The position numbers and the translations under genes are program-made. Of a stretch of 36,868 nt of DNA, positions 35,387-36,868 are shown one piece after another (the stretch's first letter is position 1; every line of letters begins with the position of its first letter). Origin of the DNA: a virus (taxonomy: Duplodnaviria; Caudoviricetes); IMG/VR virus record IMGVR_UViG_3300023173_000043, positions 1-36,868 of that record, one strand, 5' to 3'. Under the pieces are notes generated by a model, which did no database searches, was not told the origin of the DNA, and saw only the letters and a program-made list of their open reading frames with translations.

Positions 35387-36867
35387 CACCAATACCCTTC
35401 AATCGTTATGTCGTACTCTTCGTCTACCACCAGCGTCCTGTCTAGCTTCACTGACTCTTTGTAAAGCCTCAGCACGGTTGTTGAGTAATTCGTCGAACGA
35501 GTCAACTCTGCGGCATACCAAAGCTCGCCGTCCGAATTCCATATCGTCATTCTTCCGAAATTAGTCCACCCGAAATCCGGCCCACTTGTCATCTTGCGGG
35601 TGACGCCATCCAGATCCACGAAACTAAACAAAATGTCAGCGCCGCTGATCGAGAAATATCCATCGGCGGGAGATGACCCCGTTGAATACTTGAACCGCCT
35701 GCCCACGGTAGCGATTGCAGATACAGCGTTATTAACGTAGCCAACGGTTGCGAGGTGGGCGGCTCCGTCTTGCCTGCCCGCGTAGCTAATGGCATCAAGG
35801 CCGCTGGAGTTGTGATAGGTATAGAGCAGATCCCCATTGCTAGCGCCGTTCGTCTTGCCCTTGACGAGAAAGCCAGCGCCATTGCTACTGGCCTTCGTAA
35901 TGACAACCCTGTTGTCCAGCAGTATCCTACTGTTGTTGCCCTCGGATATTGTTTTGTCGCCGGTCAGCCTAATGCGGCCAACCGAATGCAAGCCCTTGTT
36001 GCTCATGTCCAAGTCTTTATTGAACTGGAACCAGCCAGTGCCGCTTGTACCCTGCCAAGTAAGAGATCCGTAAGCATTGGCGTTAGTCTTGTTTGAGAAA
36101 GTCAGTCTAGCGGCAGAGGTGTTGTTGGCTAATTTGCCCTCAATGAGCATAATGGCCTCACCACCCTCTAGCTTCTGTGCCTCTATCCTCGGTGCATTAA
36201 GAGTGCCCGTCAGTTTGCCGCCGGTTAGCTTCAGGTAGCGAGCATCCAGATCAGATATGCTGATGTCTTCCTGATTGATGGCAAAGAATCGAACCTCGCA
36301 CTTATCACCAATCTTGATCTCACCAGAGGATGCCCTAAGCGATACCGATACCTCCAGCAGAGTGCCAGAGCCTAAGTCATCATCAGTCACTACATACAGC
36401 ACGTTGTCATCAGGGTGCTCTAGGTCAACAACCTCAACGTAGTCACCAACCTTGACAGTGCCTAGTGCATGAGTGGTTCCTTTCAAGTCTTCGCTGTTGA
36501 GTATCAGCACGTTTTCTTCAGACGTAAACGCATCCTGCAAACTAAACTGTCCAGGATTGCGTGGGATTGCGTCCTGTAAAAGACCCACGAACTCCCACTG
36601 ACCATGATCTCTTTGGGCGAGCAGTGTGTTCAGCGCAAGGGCAAGTTCCTGTATCTCCGCGTCCAAGATCCTGTCTGCGTTATCAACGTACTCTACAGAG
36701 GCTAAGTCCTCGGTCTTTTCATCAATGAAATCGCTGATCATCCCGCGATTCATCAAGCTCATCGGGTGGCCTGATGGACTGCCATCATATTTAATCGACG
36801 TCGTGTTCACAGGCGCAATGTTGTTGACCTTGATTTGCGCTGATGGCTCCATCTCACCACCCGACAG
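35386..36867 (-). CDS. Fibre-like virion protein, 5'-truncated by the window edge
   Basis: Frame stays open upstream of ATG 36852 (LSGGE-MEPS); fibre motifs 'LDARYLKLTGGKLTG', 'LASVEYVD', 'LATVGYVN'. Confidence 0.8.
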   Translation of the reverse strand: MSGGEMEPSAQIKVNNIAPVNTTSIKYDGSPSGHPMSLMNRGMISDFIDEKTEDLASVEYVDNADRILDAEIQELALALNTLLAQRDHGQWEFVGLLQDAIPRNPGQFSLQDAFTSEENVLILNSEDLKGTTHALGTVKVGDYVEVVDLEHPDDNVLYVVTDDDLGSGTLLEVSVSLRASSGEIKIGDKCEVRFFAINQEDISISDLDARYLKLTGGKLTGTLNAPRIEAQKLEGGEAIMLIEGKLANNTSAARLTFSNKTNANAYGSLTWQGTSGTGWFQFNKDLDMSNKGLHSVGRIRLTGDKTISEGNNSRILLDNRVVITKASSNGAGFLVKGKTNGASNGDLLYTYHNSSGLDAISYAGRQDGAAHLATVGYVNNAVSAIATVGRRFKYSTGSSPADGYFSISGADILFSFVDLDGVTRKMTSGPDFGWTNFGRMTIWNSDGELWYAAELTRSTNYSTTVLRLYKESVKLDRTLVVDEEYDITIEGYW

Positions 36868-36868
36868 A

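Noticed and set aside
15973-36096. Numerous short plus-strand and alternate-frame ORFs within the structural operon
   Set aside because: Shadow ORFs of long, well-supported minus-strand genes.
1-36868. Terminal direct repeat or direct circular join of the window ends
   Set aside because: The end sequences do not overlap and a direct join would be out of frame.

Overview
Near-complete genome of a small podovirus-like dsDNA phage (P22-like head/tail module). The contig is opened inside a fibre gene, with ORFs running off both ends. The minus strand carries terS, terL, portal, a collagen fibre, scaffold, major capsid protein, tail fibres, a lipoprotein, tail tubular A/B and internal virion/ejection proteins. 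The plus strand carries small early genes including ArdC, an AAA helicase, NinB and NinG. An SSAP/SSB/DUF4224 block lies on the minus strand. No DNA polymerase, primase, RNA polymerase, integrase or obvious lysis cassette is visible. Two signals stand out. (1) An ~870-nt imperfect inverted repeat (5692-6557) pairs the whole first early gene with a degenerate non-coding antisense copy. Its mismatch bias and repeated C-GNA-G triloops suggest the minus strand is selected to fold as ssDNA, next to an Frpo-like hairpin promoter. (2) The 1660-aa lysozyme-tipped ejection protein carries 11 tandem TonB-box-like motifs (e.g. LEEVIVTAQKR), suggesting TonB-energised delivery. All calls come from manual reading and motif recall; no searches or folding programs were run.
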